Source: Azolla caroliniana
Lineage: Eukaryota; Plantae; Polypodiophyta
DNA length: 64,000 bases
Assembly: GCA_043228905.1 (NCBI GenBank)
Contig: JBHGNT010000027.1
Location: 248,001-312,000, forward strand
Direction: 5' to 3'
The position numbers and the translations under genes are program-made. Positions 23,716-37,051 of the stretch are shown here, piece after piece. A model generated the notes under the pieces. That model saw only the letters and a list, made by a program, of their open reading frames with translations, was not told where the DNA came from and made no database searches. Numbering within the stretch: the first letter of the stretch is position 1; every line of letters starts with the position of its first letter.

Positions 23716-25419
23716 TAAGTCTGTTCGGTTTTTTCCCTTTTTCTCTCTCCTCCATATGCATGGGAGTTAAAGGTTGGTTCTTCAACAAGTCGCAGCAATG
23801 CAATGCAATGCAATGCAATGAAGGCCTTCGCTTTGTCTCGTCGACCGCAAACAAAGCGGCGATGGGCTGGCTTTCCGCGTTTCCGTAAAGAAAATCGAAA
23901 GAACTCTGATTGATTCTTATTCGTAGTTGGGATGCAGGGATAGATTTATTTCTTCCTCGAAGAACCGTACGAACGATTAGGCCGCTGCGATTTCCACACG
24001 CAGACACGCGGATTCAGCATGAAGGGCGGGCGATTTATTCCCCGATCGAACGAATGAATGAATGAATGAATAGGGTGTCGTTCGCAATGACAAGGAACGT
24101 TAGCTGGAAACGCGGTCAACTAACGGGCACAAGTGCAATATTTTCATTTTGGTGTGACTCTTGGTTGGAGAAGGCCACACCACAGTTGGTCTCTTCTCCA
24201 TAAGCCGGACCGCCAACGTCAAGGCGAGATCACATTGGTCCAGTCCCCGCATAGCCAGTGGAAGGGTGAGGTGCATCCACTCAGATAGCATGGGGAGGTC
24301 GAATGACTGCGGCCACGTCAATCCGCTTCTTTTCTTTTCTTGTTGGGCCGCTAGCAATTGTCTAGCTTCTGCTACCAACTCCCCCATCGGGCCGTCTGAC
24401 TTTACCGTAGCCGATAAGTAGCGTTAATCGTCTTCATCGCGCTGATGAAGCAGCGGGTTCATCCACCACCTTGGTTCTTCCCCGCAAGCAACTTCCGCCG
24501 TATTATCCATAGCTGTTCATCAAGAAGGCCTAGAGTTAGTTTTCCGATAAGATTCAAGCTACAATTTCAAACAGCACCTTTTCTTCATGAAGCGCAAGAA
24601 AACTGCACTGCGGAAGAAGAAGAAGCGGTAAAAAGTGTAATATAAATGGCTACCAAAGTTCTTCTTTTGAACTTTCAAGAAGGCCTGAATATTCATGGAT
24701 TATTATACGATAATCTTTAATGCGGCTCAGATTGCGGAAAGAATTGAATGCTGGAATTTCGAAATTCCGTTGGTAAAATTCAGAAGGATCATGCAAGAAG
24801 GCAATATCATCTTCTGGCCATAATCTGCGAATCCAGCAAAGCAAAGCAAAGCAGCACTTTTCTTTTCACTTTAAACCGAGCCGGCGGCAATCTTGATGAA
24901 TCACTGGCAAGAAGATGCTTTGCACTTTTCTTTCCACTTTAAAGCAGCAATCTTTTCACTCGGAAATGGCAAAAGAGCTTGGAAGAAGAATAGGCTAGGG
25001 ACGGAGTCGAACCGTCATTCCAGGATTTGCAGTCCAATACATTGCCATTATGTTACCCAGCCAGCAGAACGTTTTTCCCGCTTAAATGAAGAGAGGCGGG
25101 ACTCTCATTTAAGGGGGGTGACCTTAGGCCACCCTTTGAAATAATCTAAAGCCTTACAATCAATTTCTGCGATGCCATAAAATGTGAACCAACGACAACG
25201 ATTTTGGGCAAAATAAGAATTAGTGATTGAAAAAGACCCGCAGCTTGCTTGTGAAGCCGACCAGCGTACTGCCAACACGACTTGTTTATGCCTATTAAAG
25301 AACCTTTTAATGCTAATTCACAGAAAACTATACGAAGCATACAAAATAACTAATATACGAAACGGAAGCGACCGATGGAAATACGTCAGTTTCTTACTCA
25401 TGTAAATAAACTATTTCTT
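23716..25419 (+). repeat. 1.7-kb direct repeat, copy 2
   Basis: Matches 8311-10014. Confidence 0.95.
24992..25062 (-). tRNA. trnC: tRNA-Cys(GCA), repeat copy
   Basis: Identical to 9587-9657. Confidence 0.95.
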
Positions 25420-25800
25420 AACAACGGCGACGACTTTTCCGGAGTCTTATTTCGGTTTTGGTCGGCCAATCAGGTTAGGAGTTCCCTGCCTGACCGCCAA
25501 TTCAGAACCGCTCGTGACAGTTTCCCGTCATACGGCTCCCCGCATCCCATCAGGTGAGGGTTCCGGAATACGAGCTCCCCTGCCCTCTTTTGATCGTGAC
25601 GATGCCCATGCAGCCAGCAACTGCCGCAAATTGGCAGCTCATGCCTCCCGGACGACGACGTAGATGCGATCCATCTGTGATGTCCACAGGCGGCCGGCCG
25701 GCGGAAAGAACACCTACGCCGTGGTTGGAGTTCTACTTCCTTGTCGTCGCTTTAGCCCTATCGGCTAGCTAGGGCCATTGCTCAGTTTGTTTCCTCACGC

Positions 25801-25833
<33 letters not shown>

Positions 25834-27171
25834 ATAACTCCTAGACTCAAGTGAAAAACCGACCATCAGCGTATCTGATGAGAGAGGATTGAAACCTCGT
25901 ATCTTCCCCATTTTCCCGCGTCTCGTGACTAATTCAAAAATTTCCTTGCATCAGCGTCGATTACGTACTCTGGCTTTCTTGTTGATAGATATGTGGATCA
26001 CTCTGGTGGCGTCATGGCGGCGAGATCGACCCGAGCGAAAGTAGCTATTGGGTTCGAATCCCGCTTCTTTTCTTCCGCGGTTCGCCTTTAGGCCATGAGG
26101 GCGATCCGATCCCCAGTAGCAGGAGTCCTGAAAGGTCATGGAACTGGCCATACTTCCACTTTCACTCTCACTTTCGCTTTTGCTTCTACTTTCAGAGGTA
26201 TGTATATTCAGCAAATCGGATCAGATTGTCTATCCATGACAGAGCGAGTGCTACTCGTAGTTCAGGGGCAAGGTATTTTACGTTGCTTACTTTCCTTTTG
26301 GCCAATCTGCGCTCTTTATCTTCGAATGTTGAAGCATATTGGCTGCTCCCTTTCCCTTAAAATTAGATGCGGGGACACTTTGGCACGTCCCGATAATTAA
26401 TTACTACCGGGCCCTCGCTTATTGTCCCATCCTATCCCTGTTCACCGTACGGTTGGCTCTTCTGAGTGCGACCTCAGAGGTGTGCGGGGTTCTCCAGTTC
26501 CGGGATTCCATATTTCAAAGAACCAGGCCGTAAGGCTTCCGCTCTACGCCGGAGGCGCGCTCGAAGAACGGGAAAGGACAGACAACCCCTTTCCCTCGGC
26601 CTCTGTCCCATATTTTGGACGCAGGAAGCAATCCTGCTTTCCTGTTTCGACGCTTCAAACGCTAGGATTGCGGTTGCCTGCTGTCCGGTTCAACTTAGGC
26701 TTAGCCTTCGGGGATGCAGTACCGCCACTCAGCACTCACCTAGACAATACCCAAAGTGTTTCATTCCCACCCTGTCTCCCAACGAAAACAAAGAAGGGGC
26801 AGATATCGTCACGCGCGCCCTTGCTTGAGATTCAAAGTTCCCCACTTTCGCCGGGTTCTGAATCCCTTTCATGCCCAGCTTCATGCCTTTGGATGCCATT
26901 CTCCCAGCACGTGGGCACGCTGTTACCCTGTTCCCGAGGGAGAAGGACTTTCACCTTCATGGAAACTCAGTTCACTAACTCCGCCATCCGAGCGCGAATG
27001 AATGCAAAATGAGTGCACAGACGCGACTCAACGTCTTAACCTGTGAACAGGTCACGCTACCCGACCAGAAAGATTTCTATCTTAACGAATGGCTTTATAG
27101 GGCATTCATTTTAATTCATATTTAGCCGCAGGCTTTCACGGTTTCTAATCTCATATATTCTTATTAGACAC
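25269..27171 (-). CDS. rps14: ribosomal protein S14; exons 27171-27058, 25454-25269
   Basis: GTG start; 38 + 62 codons = 99 aa; AKYELK(R)M..KAI and GSLIGINKSCW, then CAG (edited stop). Confidence 0.9.
25455..27057 (-). other. group II intron rps14i114
   Basis: After nt 114; GCGTG start; domain V GAGCCGTATGACGGGAAACTGTCACGAGCGGTTC; ends CCAAAAC. Confidence 0.9.
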
Positions 27172-27235
27172 CCATATAACCTTCTCTAATGACGTATGAC
27201 TAAACCTCGACACATAACTTAACCTTTTTTTATGA

Positions 27236-27310
27236 CCCTTCCATCTGCCTTTCTCATATCTCCAAAGTTTCGTATGTTTCGGATATGGCGCTTGAAGTAA
27301 GTCCCTTTTT
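27236..27310 (-). pseudogene. diverged fragment of the rps3-3'/rpl16-5' overlap
   Basis: CCATATCCGAAACATACGAAACTTTGGAGATATGAGAAAGGCAGATGGAAGGGT resembles ~29895-29965. Confidence 0.55.
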
Positions 27311-27879
27311 GAATGAAAAAAAACTCATATTAGTGGCGTTGGCTTCTGTAAATCCCCTGCGTGCGATGTGCTCTAAAGGCACAGAGAATCGTACACTTAA
27401 GCGGCTTAGGCGGTTGAGAGATACCTTCCCTTCCCAACTGCTGGCTGGGGTAGAATCCTATTACTAAAAGGCGGGCGCATGAACCCTCTTTCAACCTTCT
27501 CAGGAACCATATTCTTATGGTTACTGCATCAGGACCTACCTAAAGGTGAATCAAACCCTGAATTGAATACACGGGTCTCTTCATGAATAGTTGTGCAATG
27601 GATTCGAGAATCCGGGGAAATTTCCTCCGAAGCATACCCATCCAATCCGATAGCCGTTAATGTCCTAAGTGTGGGGAATTGAGACTCGGCGACCGAAGCA
27701 ACTTATCCGACCATCCAATCATGACCGGCTGTTGCCTGATGGTCTAACGGCTCGAAAACGGGTGGGTCCTTAGACACTCGCTAGACCGGGACTAAACGTC
27801 GGTCGGAAAAATCTGATCCAAATTAATTGCGAAACCAGAACTAGAAGAAGTTTCTAGATACAGAACACGATTAAATACA

Positions 27880-28075
27880 ACCTTACCAACATTTGATATG
27901 ATCTCAACTTGATACCTGTTAAGTTGAATCTGCCTATGGTTGTTAAGCCTGTGCCTTGGCATGTAGAGACGGAAAAAGAGACCAAGAATGGTAAGACCTT
28001 AGTTACAGCGGCGGTGGTTACTTAACTGATTCCGTTGATGTGTATTATCGTTACCGTTTATTAAGCAGTAAGAAC
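27880..28075 (+). pseudogene. fragment of a linear-plasmid (T7-like) RNA polymerase
   Basis: IPVKLNLPMVVKPVPW...GGYLTD..YRYRLLSS matches the LPMxxxPxxW...GGYL motif. Confidence 0.7.
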
Positions 28076-29216
28076 CCGCCCGGCCCGGCCCGGCCCGGCC
28101 CGGCCCGCCGTAAATAGACGAAACACTTCCCGCATGCACCCCGGCTAACAAATAAGTACTAGTTTAAAGTAATGAACTAGTGAAAAGCACTACAGGCATT
28201 CATGCCATCTTATTGAGAATAAATATTATGGTTGGCATCCAGTTGAAAAATTAGAGCAACCAAGCTTTAGGCGAGCAACCCTTGCCTTATTCTCTATCGG
28301 AGCGGTTCTTCCCCCTCGTCCGCCTAAAAAAACACGAAACCAAACACAACAAAATGATGGAACACGCACGAAAAACAACAAAAAGCGCGTCCCGCAATCA
28401 GATTCACCAAAACAGAAGCGAGAAATGAGCACAGAACAACCCAGCGTCCCGCAAGCAATCAGAGACTGTACAGGAAGCTGGCAAAAACAATAACGAAGAT
28501 GATGATGAGTCTAAATGCATGCCGCGAAGAGCCAGCCCGAGAGCGCACGCACCGGGAACACTACAGCGGATAAAAAGAAAAGCAAAGAGTATCGGTTGGA
28601 CGCTGCGATGGTTGATGAAACACAACAAAAAAAAGATGGTGAGACTAAGGAGGAGATCGACCCGATACAGGATGCACATTTGAAAAGCAGCAAAGAGGAT
28701 TGTTCGAAGTCTGATGATGAAAGCAGCAGGCAGCATTGTCAGTGATGAAGATTATGAAGACGATTGCGAGAATGGGGGTAAAGATGTGTGGGGTAAACTG
28801 CTGGATGCGGGTGCTTTTCTGGACGAATCAGTATCTAAGGTTGATGATGATGAGAAGCCTTTAAGTCAAAGGATTGATAAGGAGTTATCAAAAGAAGCCC
28901 GCCGGCACCTGTAAAAAGGCGGAAGAAGCCGGCCGAAGAAAAGAAAAGAAAAGAAGCGGTTTTCATCATCCGGATGAACCGGCCGGGCCGGCCGGCGGAT
29001 TAGAAGGCGGCTTTAAAGCATTGCTTTATAGAATAGATAATGCTATGAGGCTGAACCTTCATGGATGCAAGTTTTACGCTTATCAGCAGCATTATGGCAG
29101 TATATTTACTGATTTTACTACGGCAGGCAGTTGGCAAATTTGTTTTACTGAAAGAAAGGTCGGGACTGTACTACTTTTTGTAATGAGAGAGTGAAAGAGA
29201 GGTTGGGACCGCACTA

Positions 29217-29247
<31 letters not shown>

Positions 29248-29543
29248 CGCGTGAAAGACTCATGGTAGGCTCTAGTCAATGGGATTCCCTGCCCACCAAG
29301 AGGAGACGGAACTGAAGCACCTAATAAGGCAGGCTCGCTTCGCTCGTCTCAACTATTTCACTCGCAAACCAATACCTTAAGCCAAACATACATCTCATTC
29401 TGTCGAATCAATTCTGGATCAATTGGCAATGGTTTTATTCTTAATGAGGGGAACTATTTGAGGAATAGGCTTTCCTGCCTGGGCGCCCACTTCCTTCGCG
29501 AAGCGAAGCGTTCCTGCGGGCAGTTCTTCTCCTTACACTGTAA

Positions 29544-29951
29544 TTACGACCATTGAACAAACTTGGTTGACACACGTGGTCTATGCGCTGCTAATGTTGC
29601 AGCTTCTCAAACATTTAACAAACTCACACCATCCGTTTCGGATAAGATCTATCCCGTCACCACACGAGCCATCCAACCTGAAGGGTTTCCCTTTCCCTTT
29701 CCCATTCTCACTTCTGTGGGCTTACGGGTAATGGGAATATCTGCGAAGATTCTTACCCATATTCGACCATTTCTCTAGAAATGTCTGCTTGTAGCGCGAC
29801 GCGCTGCTTCAATGGTTTAATATAGAATACGACCCGCTGAACAGCTTTTAATGCCATATTTTCCGAAACTAAGTCATGTACCGTCCGTTCTGCAACCTTT
29901 ACATTTGCCCTTTTAACATTTCCAAAACTTTGTACGTTTTAGATATAGCAT
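29544..29951 (-). CDS. rpl16: ribosomal protein L16
   Basis: 135 aa; MLYLKRTKF; [17 protein letters not shown]; STKFVQWS*; overlaps the rps3 end. Confidence 0.93.
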
Positions 29952-32337
29952 CCGAATTGAGTCCCTTCTTGTTCTTTGAAACATGTTTGGAATACAGAAT
30001 CCACACCTTGACGCCCGGGATCCCATAACGAGTGAATATTTCTGCTCTTGCGTAATCAATATAATCAGAAGATACATGTAAGGATATTGAACCATATTTC
30101 ATACATTCAGTTTGAGCTATTTCTGCACCATTCGATCAACCTGGACGACAAATACAGATTCCCTTCACACATTCGCAGTTTTCAATCTATTAGAATATGG
30201 ATGTACAAATTTATACAAATGATTTCTTTTTTTCTGGTCCCCAAGGTATCTCCTAAGCTATTGGAAAAGCACTTTAATGGAAAAAATCAGCTCTTACTGG
30301 CTTAATCGGGATATTAGTGCTTGTTTCACTAGATGAAAAAAGTTACATTTCAGGCCACCAAGGTTTAATCTTCTTCCGGCAACGATGACTGCATACTTTC
30401 TTAGTTCCTCTGAATCAGGCGTTCACTATGTGCGAGCGTCAGCGGGCATCTCCTCCTGAAGAAGAGTGACTATTGCACGGATCCTTCTCTCTGGGTTTCG
30501 TACATTCACGTCAGGCATCCTTATTATAGTGGTACCGACAGCACAGATTTCTTGCTTTCTCACGTAAGGCATTCCCTATATACAGACACAGTTTCCTCTC
30601 TGCAAACCTACCCCGAGCATTCCTCATTTTCTCAGAGCGTCGGGCGGCATCCCTACTATAGGAAAAGGATAACAGAGAGGGAGAGAGAAGCAAAAGATTG
30701 TCATCAGTTATGTTAACCGTAGTGGGGTCAGAATGAATTTAGTTCTTCATACGAAGAAAGTGTTGCACGACCAGAGGCATAATAGGTGCGGTTGCCAAGG
30801 GGCGGCGAGAGTTTTCGGAGGCCTTCTCGCCGCGGTTTTCCCCTAGTAATCCTCCCTCTTCTCTCCTTTTTCATATCGCCCTGCGGTCCGTGAGATAGAG
30901 TCGAGAGTCCACTTGCGCCTAGTAAGAGGGTTCATGCGGGCTCCGCATGAATGAACCGCTTCATCGGCTTGACGAGGGCAAAGCACAGGAAAGGCAGATG
31001 GGCATTTCCTATGTCCCATCCCCCTCTCGTAACTAGTGCAGGCTACACAAGTGCTCTCCGAACCGGGCTGGATAGTCACCCATCACACGGCTCTCTAACT
31101 TGACGGGTGAAAGGCCGAGTGGGAACCCCGGAAATTACCCCTTTCCCCTTCGGCTCTCAGAGCGTGACAAGTGCATAGGCTCCTTCCCGTTTTCTACTTG
31201 GCATTCACCAAGTGCCGGTTCCGCCTTAGGAGGGTAGGCAGGTGGTATGGGCCCTCTGACTTCTTTCCGGGGCTTTCCTCCCATAAGATCTCGCCGTTGT
31301 TTCCTACATGGCTTGTCCAATTGTTGATCGAACGCCCTGTGTTGGGATGTCATTTAGTGTTTTGTCCCCAGTAACATGGGTAACCTGCTCTATCCTTTCC
31401 TTTCCCTTCTGTGCAATGGGTGGGTCGAGGGAAGATCATTCGGCCCAATTAATCAAAACCCTCAGTAGGCATAGAGCGAGGCAGCGTGCGTTCGCGCTCC
31501 CCATTCGCCGAAATTAAGTGCCAATGGTTAGCTGTCGCCGGGTAGCCAGCCCCGAACTTCGATTCGCCAAGCTTTGCCCTCATCTTAATACCGAAAGCAG
31601 GCTCGCTCTATGCTGTTGAGTTACCCGTAGACTTTTTGGTTCAAAATACGGGCGGGCCTTCGTTCGTTCCGCCAACAAACAAGTTCTTCGAACTTTAACC
31701 TCCTTGCCGCACATGCTTTGGTCCTCGCGTTCGTTACCGAGCAAGAGTAAGTGCAACGCCTTTGTACAGTACATAATTGAGCGCACGCAATTTTTCATGC
31801 AGGAACTAGACCGGCCGCCCTCTCGATTAGCGTCATCAACAATATCATCAACCAAAAAATAATAGTAAGCATCATTGAACTAGAAAGAAGAATACATGAA
31901 TGAATGTCCTTTTAGGGAAATGATGAATGATACACCTACCAAGGCGAAGGTCAACTTTGCGATTTCTTCCTCTAGTTTTCCTCTTTCTTCCCCCAATTTT
32001 ATCTTTCCCTCCTTTAGTTTTCTTTTTCTTTTCCTCGGACAAAATCCTGGGAAAAATTGAACGGAAAAAATATCTAAAATCTACATCCTAATACAACAAT
32101 TTTCCATAACAGTAAATGGAGTCAAGAGTTACTCTGTCTGGCTGTGGGAAAAGCAGCCGAAAGAAGCCAGCCGTGTGAAGGGCTGGCTTCCATTCACCAG
32201 CCAGCGCGGACTAAATCAAGTGCTCTTCGAACCGTGCAAGATGGTTGCCCATCACACAGCTCTTCAACCCAAGTTGCCTATATCGTGCGTTGCGTGGTGG
32301 ATCCCAAGTCTTTCAAGCAAGAAGCGCTTGATCCTCT

Positions 32338-32371
<34 letters not shown>

Positions 32372-33577
32372 TCCCCACGCTGTGCACTTGCTTCTCTCCG
32401 CCGATCAAGCAGCGATGCTGCTCGAACCGCTTCTTCCGCATGATGAAAACCGCTTCTTCGGCCGTTAGGTTCCGACACTCTGCCGGCCGCATGAACCGCC
32501 GCGCCGGCCGGAATGCCTTTCGAAAACAGCAAGCAGCTTTTTATCTAAAATGCCCACGTGCGCTCTCCCAGTCAAACGTGGGTCGGAAGCTTGAAAAGAA
32601 AAAAACGCGTCTTCAGTCAAAGCCTTCGGCCTTGGCTCACTGAATCTCCTAGAGTTTGAAGTGATTCCAGGTGCCTGCTAATGACCGCGACAGCTTCGAT
32701 CAGGCAGCTTGGGCTATCCACTTGAAGTCTTCCACGTCGTCGGTCGTTTTCCCTTGTTTCAATGATGACTTAATCTCTGGCCGAAGGGCGGGCGGGCTTC
32801 CCGGCCGGCGCGGCGGCACAAGGTCGATCGGTGTTAAAACGGTTCGTAGCTGTTCAGTCTCATCTAAGAGTTGACCCGATATCTCTGTACTGCTTGAGTG
32901 TGCAATGCTGAACCCGTTCTTTCTTGCTTGTGGGCGCGTTGATTTAGGCTCCTCCCCTTCCACTGCATAGCTGCGCTTCCTTATCATCCGCTTCTTTTCT
33001 TTTCTTTTCTTTTCTTAGGCGCGTTTTTTGGCGGGTACTATGAGCCTTCTGCCCCACGCGTCCGCCCGCAGGTTAGATGCGTGGTTCACCGGTTCCACCG
33101 AATACTCTCACTTGTTGAAGCACAGTGCGCTTTAGGCCCAAGCCGCAGGGCTTCCCGAAGGGCTCGGGCCCTCTTTGTCCGGGTACATGCGCCAGCGATC
33201 AGCGCATGTACAGAGAAGGCGTGGTGTTGCCTTTCCCCCTGAAAAGCTAGGCTTGGTATCCCTTCCGCCGCACCTCGCGTTCATGGTATCTACATTCAAC
33301 TGTGCTTTAGAGACACGGTCAAAGTACGCCCAAGGATTGGTTAGGCTCAGCTCCTGTCACGACATGCTCTGGTCTCCTCCCTTCGTTCCCTGAGGCTGTG
33401 GTCCCCTAGCGTTAGAATAAGTTGTGTCCGTCTTGTTGCGGACATCTGCAATGCCCTGACCGACATGCGGCAGGCAATTCATTCAGTGACTTCGCGGTCG
33501 CCCTCACTAAACCGACTTGAATCTGAATGGTAGTTCGGATTAAGTCTGACTGAAATCAGATTTACCTTTCATGCCGT
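29899..33577 (-). CDS. rps3: ribosomal protein S3; exons 33577-33504, 32115-31821, 30894-29899
   Basis: ACG start MA(R)KVN; [19 protein letters not shown]; [12 protein letters not shown]; exon phases consistent. Confidence 0.9.
30895..31820 (-). other. group II intron rps3i249
   Basis: Phase 0; GGGCG start; domain V at ~31060-31093; enlarged domain VI; ends CTCTAT. Confidence 0.88.
32116..33503 (-). other. group II intron rps3i74
   Basis: After nt 74; GGGCG start; domain V at ~32229-32262; ends CTCCAT. Confidence 0.9.
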
Positions 33578-33583
33578 ATCCTA

Positions 33584-33844
33584 TTACCGTACCTTCTATC
33601 TCGGCTTGATCTTAGTTGTTCTCGAGGCCTTTCATATAGAAGCAAACTCTCCAAATTTATGACCAACCTTTTCTTTTGTAACCTTCAAACGAATAAAAGA
33701 TCGCCCATTATGAATTTATGCATAGCAACCATCAAATTTAGGCGAAATGAAAAGTCTACATGACCAAATTCTCCCTCTGATCTTTTTCGTCCTTCTCGAC
33801 AAGCAAGCATCAACAAAAGGGCCTTTCCATACAGATCATGCCAT
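33584..33844 (-). CDS. rps19: ribosomal protein S19
   Basis: MA(R)SVWKGPFVDA; KVGHKFGEFA. Confidence 0.92.
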
Positions 33845-33847
33845 AAA

Positions 33848-34964
33848 CTAATTTCTGCGTTTCCTCACTATTGCTCAAAATCCACATTTGGTGGGCTTTC
33901 CCCAAAGTAACACCAAAAGTCTACCTCCTTTCGTGCGTCCTTCGCCTCCTCCGTAAGAATAATCAACCAGATTCATAACAACACCTCAAACAATGGGGCG
34001 TCTGCCTAACCACCGGCTTTGCCCTGCTTTGCCAAGCTTACGTATGCCATGGTCGAGATTAGACACTATACCGATAGTAGCTCAGCATCAGAAATCTATA
34101 GGTTTGTGAACACCTAAGAGTGACCGCGCAATACATTATGTATTCTCTTTCTCAATTGTTTTAGCCTTGACCCCTGCAGCTCAAGCTGACCCTGCGCCTT
34201 AACCTGGCTTCCATTCGGTATTATGTACCCATGCGCCCCTAGCTATATGGGCTGATGGTATGCGATTTCCCACCATTTAAAAATACGGATCAAGTACATA
34301 TTTTTTATCGCTATAAGGGTCGGCGTAGTCTCCTCCAGGGCGTAGCCAGGAACCACTCTAACGGCTTCCCCACGGGACCTTCTCTTCTAACCACTTTCAG
34401 CCTTCATTCACTGTGTTGAACGAGGCTGAAGGTTTAGACCAATCATAATTCATCGCCATCCTGCCTGCTTCCAATTAATAACTAGCTAATATATGGGTGT
34501 TAGCCTAAGCCGCACCATTACTGCTGGGGCTTGGCTCCCGAACCGTGCATGAGCTATAGGCCTCACACGGCTCTTCCTAAGAACTTAAATCCTCACTGGC
34601 TCTGCAATCCCTGATCAGAGAGCCTAAGCATTCAGTCGAGGCCTTGGGTTCTTCCGGGAATAATACGCTAGAATTCCCGCCCGTTCTGCCCACATCTCCA
34701 GCCATTCGTGGCTAAGGTCTTAAGTCTTCGAGTCAGCCTATTCTTTTTGAAGAATCCTGCTGCACTCACGGGCATACAGCCTGGCGGGCCTTCCGTTTCC
34801 GGAGCTTCATGGGCGTTGCCCCGTTCCTCAATCAGATGTTTGGATGTGAGCTATACTCCGCGGGAAGCTCCACGAGCGTATGGCCTTGCCAATTGACCCC
34901 TTTTCTCGTATGACTGGGAACGCTGCTCAGTGACAACCTCTCGATCGTCGCCGCCTTGGCCTCT

Positions 34965-35001
<37 letters not shown>

Positions 35002-35735
35002 CACCACGATAACAGGCCCTCGGTGTGGTCAGCACCGTCGATTTTCGGGCCACGAAGCTTACACTCATTCACATTGGTTCATCCTGCTACGGCTCGGGCC
35101 TTTCGCTCTTGCAACTTCGAAGGTGGCCATTCTTTTATCAAGGCCTGGAAGTCAGCCGTGCATCTCAGCCACTGGCGGGACTGGATACCCGCATCTGATC
35201 AAAGTTCTCGTTGCCTGTGAGAGCAACATGGGTCGCTTCGCGAAAGACATTGCTTAGGACCAACGGGTCGCACGAAAGGTGTACGATCTACTTTGCACGC
35301 CTTATCTCTCGGCCTTTCATCTGCCTCCAGCCGTCCCTCAAAGCTATGCTTAGGTTCGAGAATTCTCTTTTCTTCTTCGTTTTACCGAAAACTCTCCAGC
35401 GCTTTACGTTTGATTCTCCGCGCCCAGAGAACGCTATGCGTTCTCCATCTTCGCGGCGCCCTCACTTTAGAAAGCGCTTTGCACTTTTCAGAACGTGGCA
35501 CTCCTTCAATCCATCATACTGAAGCAATCCGGAAGGAACAATTTGGGTCATATTCGATCCTTTCCACAATGCCCAAAGACGAAGCGCTTCATTTCCAATC
35601 AATTCTTCACTACAATCACTTCGATCCACCTCCTCAGTAAAAAACCGTGATACGCCCTGATGGATTCCTCCCGGCGGACCTCTTGTTACTACTGGTCAAC
35701 TTTCTCAGTGCTTTTTCTCTCCAGTAACCTCTCAT
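33848..35735 (-). CDS. rpl2: ribosomal protein L2; exons 35735-35274, 34498-33848
   Basis: [12 protein letters not shown]; [10 protein letters not shown]; [11 protein letters not shown]. Confidence 0.92.
34499..35273 (-). other. group II intron rpl2i846
   Basis: GTGCG start; domains V/VI nearly identical to rps1i25; AAC end. Confidence 0.92.
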
Positions 35736-36509
35736 GGATTCTTTGGTTTCTTCCCTTCACTCAAAGCATCCGTGACATCAAAGAAAGGTGGTACCATGGC
35801 AGGCATGGGGTGTACCCAGTGTCAACGTTATCAATCATATATACGATGATTGATCGCTTCGCGCATAGAATATACCATATAGCTGATGTTACCCATGAGT
35901 GAACAGTGGGCTGGCGTGGTTAAGTGGGCCTTCGGCCCGTGGTTGGTTTTTCCCCTTCCTTTTAATCAACTGTATATATAGGTGCTGTGATCCCGAAAGC
36001 TAGGCACATTGCATTATGTTTGTATATGTGGCCACTATTCCATACGATCCAAAGTGTTGCCTGCTCAAAGCAGCAGCTTGTTAGCATAAACCAAATAAGA
36101 GCTCATTTCAACAGCAGCAGAATTCTGCACAGCCAAACAGATAATGCGATCCTGTCCTGTTGCATGCATAACAATACAGCATGGTGGAAAGGGTAGCTAT
36201 CATCCTCTCTCCCCCCGGAAGCCGAGCGGGGGAAGCGCTATGTGCCGATGAACCAACCGGTTCATCAAACAGGTTCTTCATGCATGCATGAAGGCCTTCA
36301 TGATGATGAAAACCGCTTCTTTTCTTTTCTTCGGCCGGCTTCTTCCGCCTTTTTGTCCGCGGAAGCAGCGCATGGTGCTTCTCCGCCGGGCCGGGCCGGG
36401 CCGGGCCGGCCGTTATGCTTTCGATTTGATCTCACTATGTCCGGATTTGCTTGTGCAAACTATAAGCGGTGTAATTCCGCTGTATTTTTCTTCTGACCTG
36501 ACTTCCTGA

Positions 36510-36818
36510 CTAGAGTTTGACAATCAACTCTAAACCAGTTTAATAATGAAATGGAATTTTCAATTAAACTCCGAGTGGGTGGTGGAATTTCAACCGAAGC
36601 GACTTTTCGCACAATTTATGTGTTTCCGTTTCTATGACCGGCAATTATTTATGTATTCCCATTTCAGATTGTTCTCTAGACTTTTTATCAATATAAAGTA
36701 ATCACAGCACTGTATACGAGATTCATTTTCTAGGCAACCCAATCTAGCATGTGTTATGCGGATGCCCTGTTGGTGGTTTCTCGAGAGATTTAATCATAAT
36801 GCATACCTTGGCAGTCGT
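36510..36818 (-). CDS. rps10: ribosomal protein S10 (intronless)
   Basis: ACG start MTAKVCIMIKS; IGLP; IDKKSREQ; 102 aa. Confidence 0.9.
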
Positions 36819-36977
36819 TCCGAAGTAAAGGGTGGTTTTCTCTTTTTGTTGATTATGCCACTATCATTAGTTTCTTCTTTCTTGTATTCATAACTTTTTT
36901 CTATTGCTTTTTCGGCGAAAAGGCAAGCAAGTTTTACCTGACTTAACTGAAAAGCCTAGAAGTGTTTGTAATGCACA

Positions 36978-37051
36978 GCATCCTTAGCTCAGTCGGATAG
37001 AGCAACAACCTTCTAAGTTGAAGGTCACAGGTTCAAGTCCTGTAGGATGCG
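36978..37051 (+). tRNA. trnR: tRNA-Arg(UCU)
   Basis: GCATCCT...AGGATGC cloverleaf, anticodon TCT. Confidence 0.95.

Noticed and set aside
25995-26075. tRNA-like GGTTCGAATCCC
   Set aside because: No acceptor stem or anticodon arm found; it lies antisense inside an intron.
26422-27012. 196-aa plus-strand ORF
   Set aside because: Antisense to intron rps14i114, with no recognisable motifs.
35780-35910. Candidate 5S rRNA
   Set aside because: Only a local hairpin; it lacks the conserved 5S motifs.
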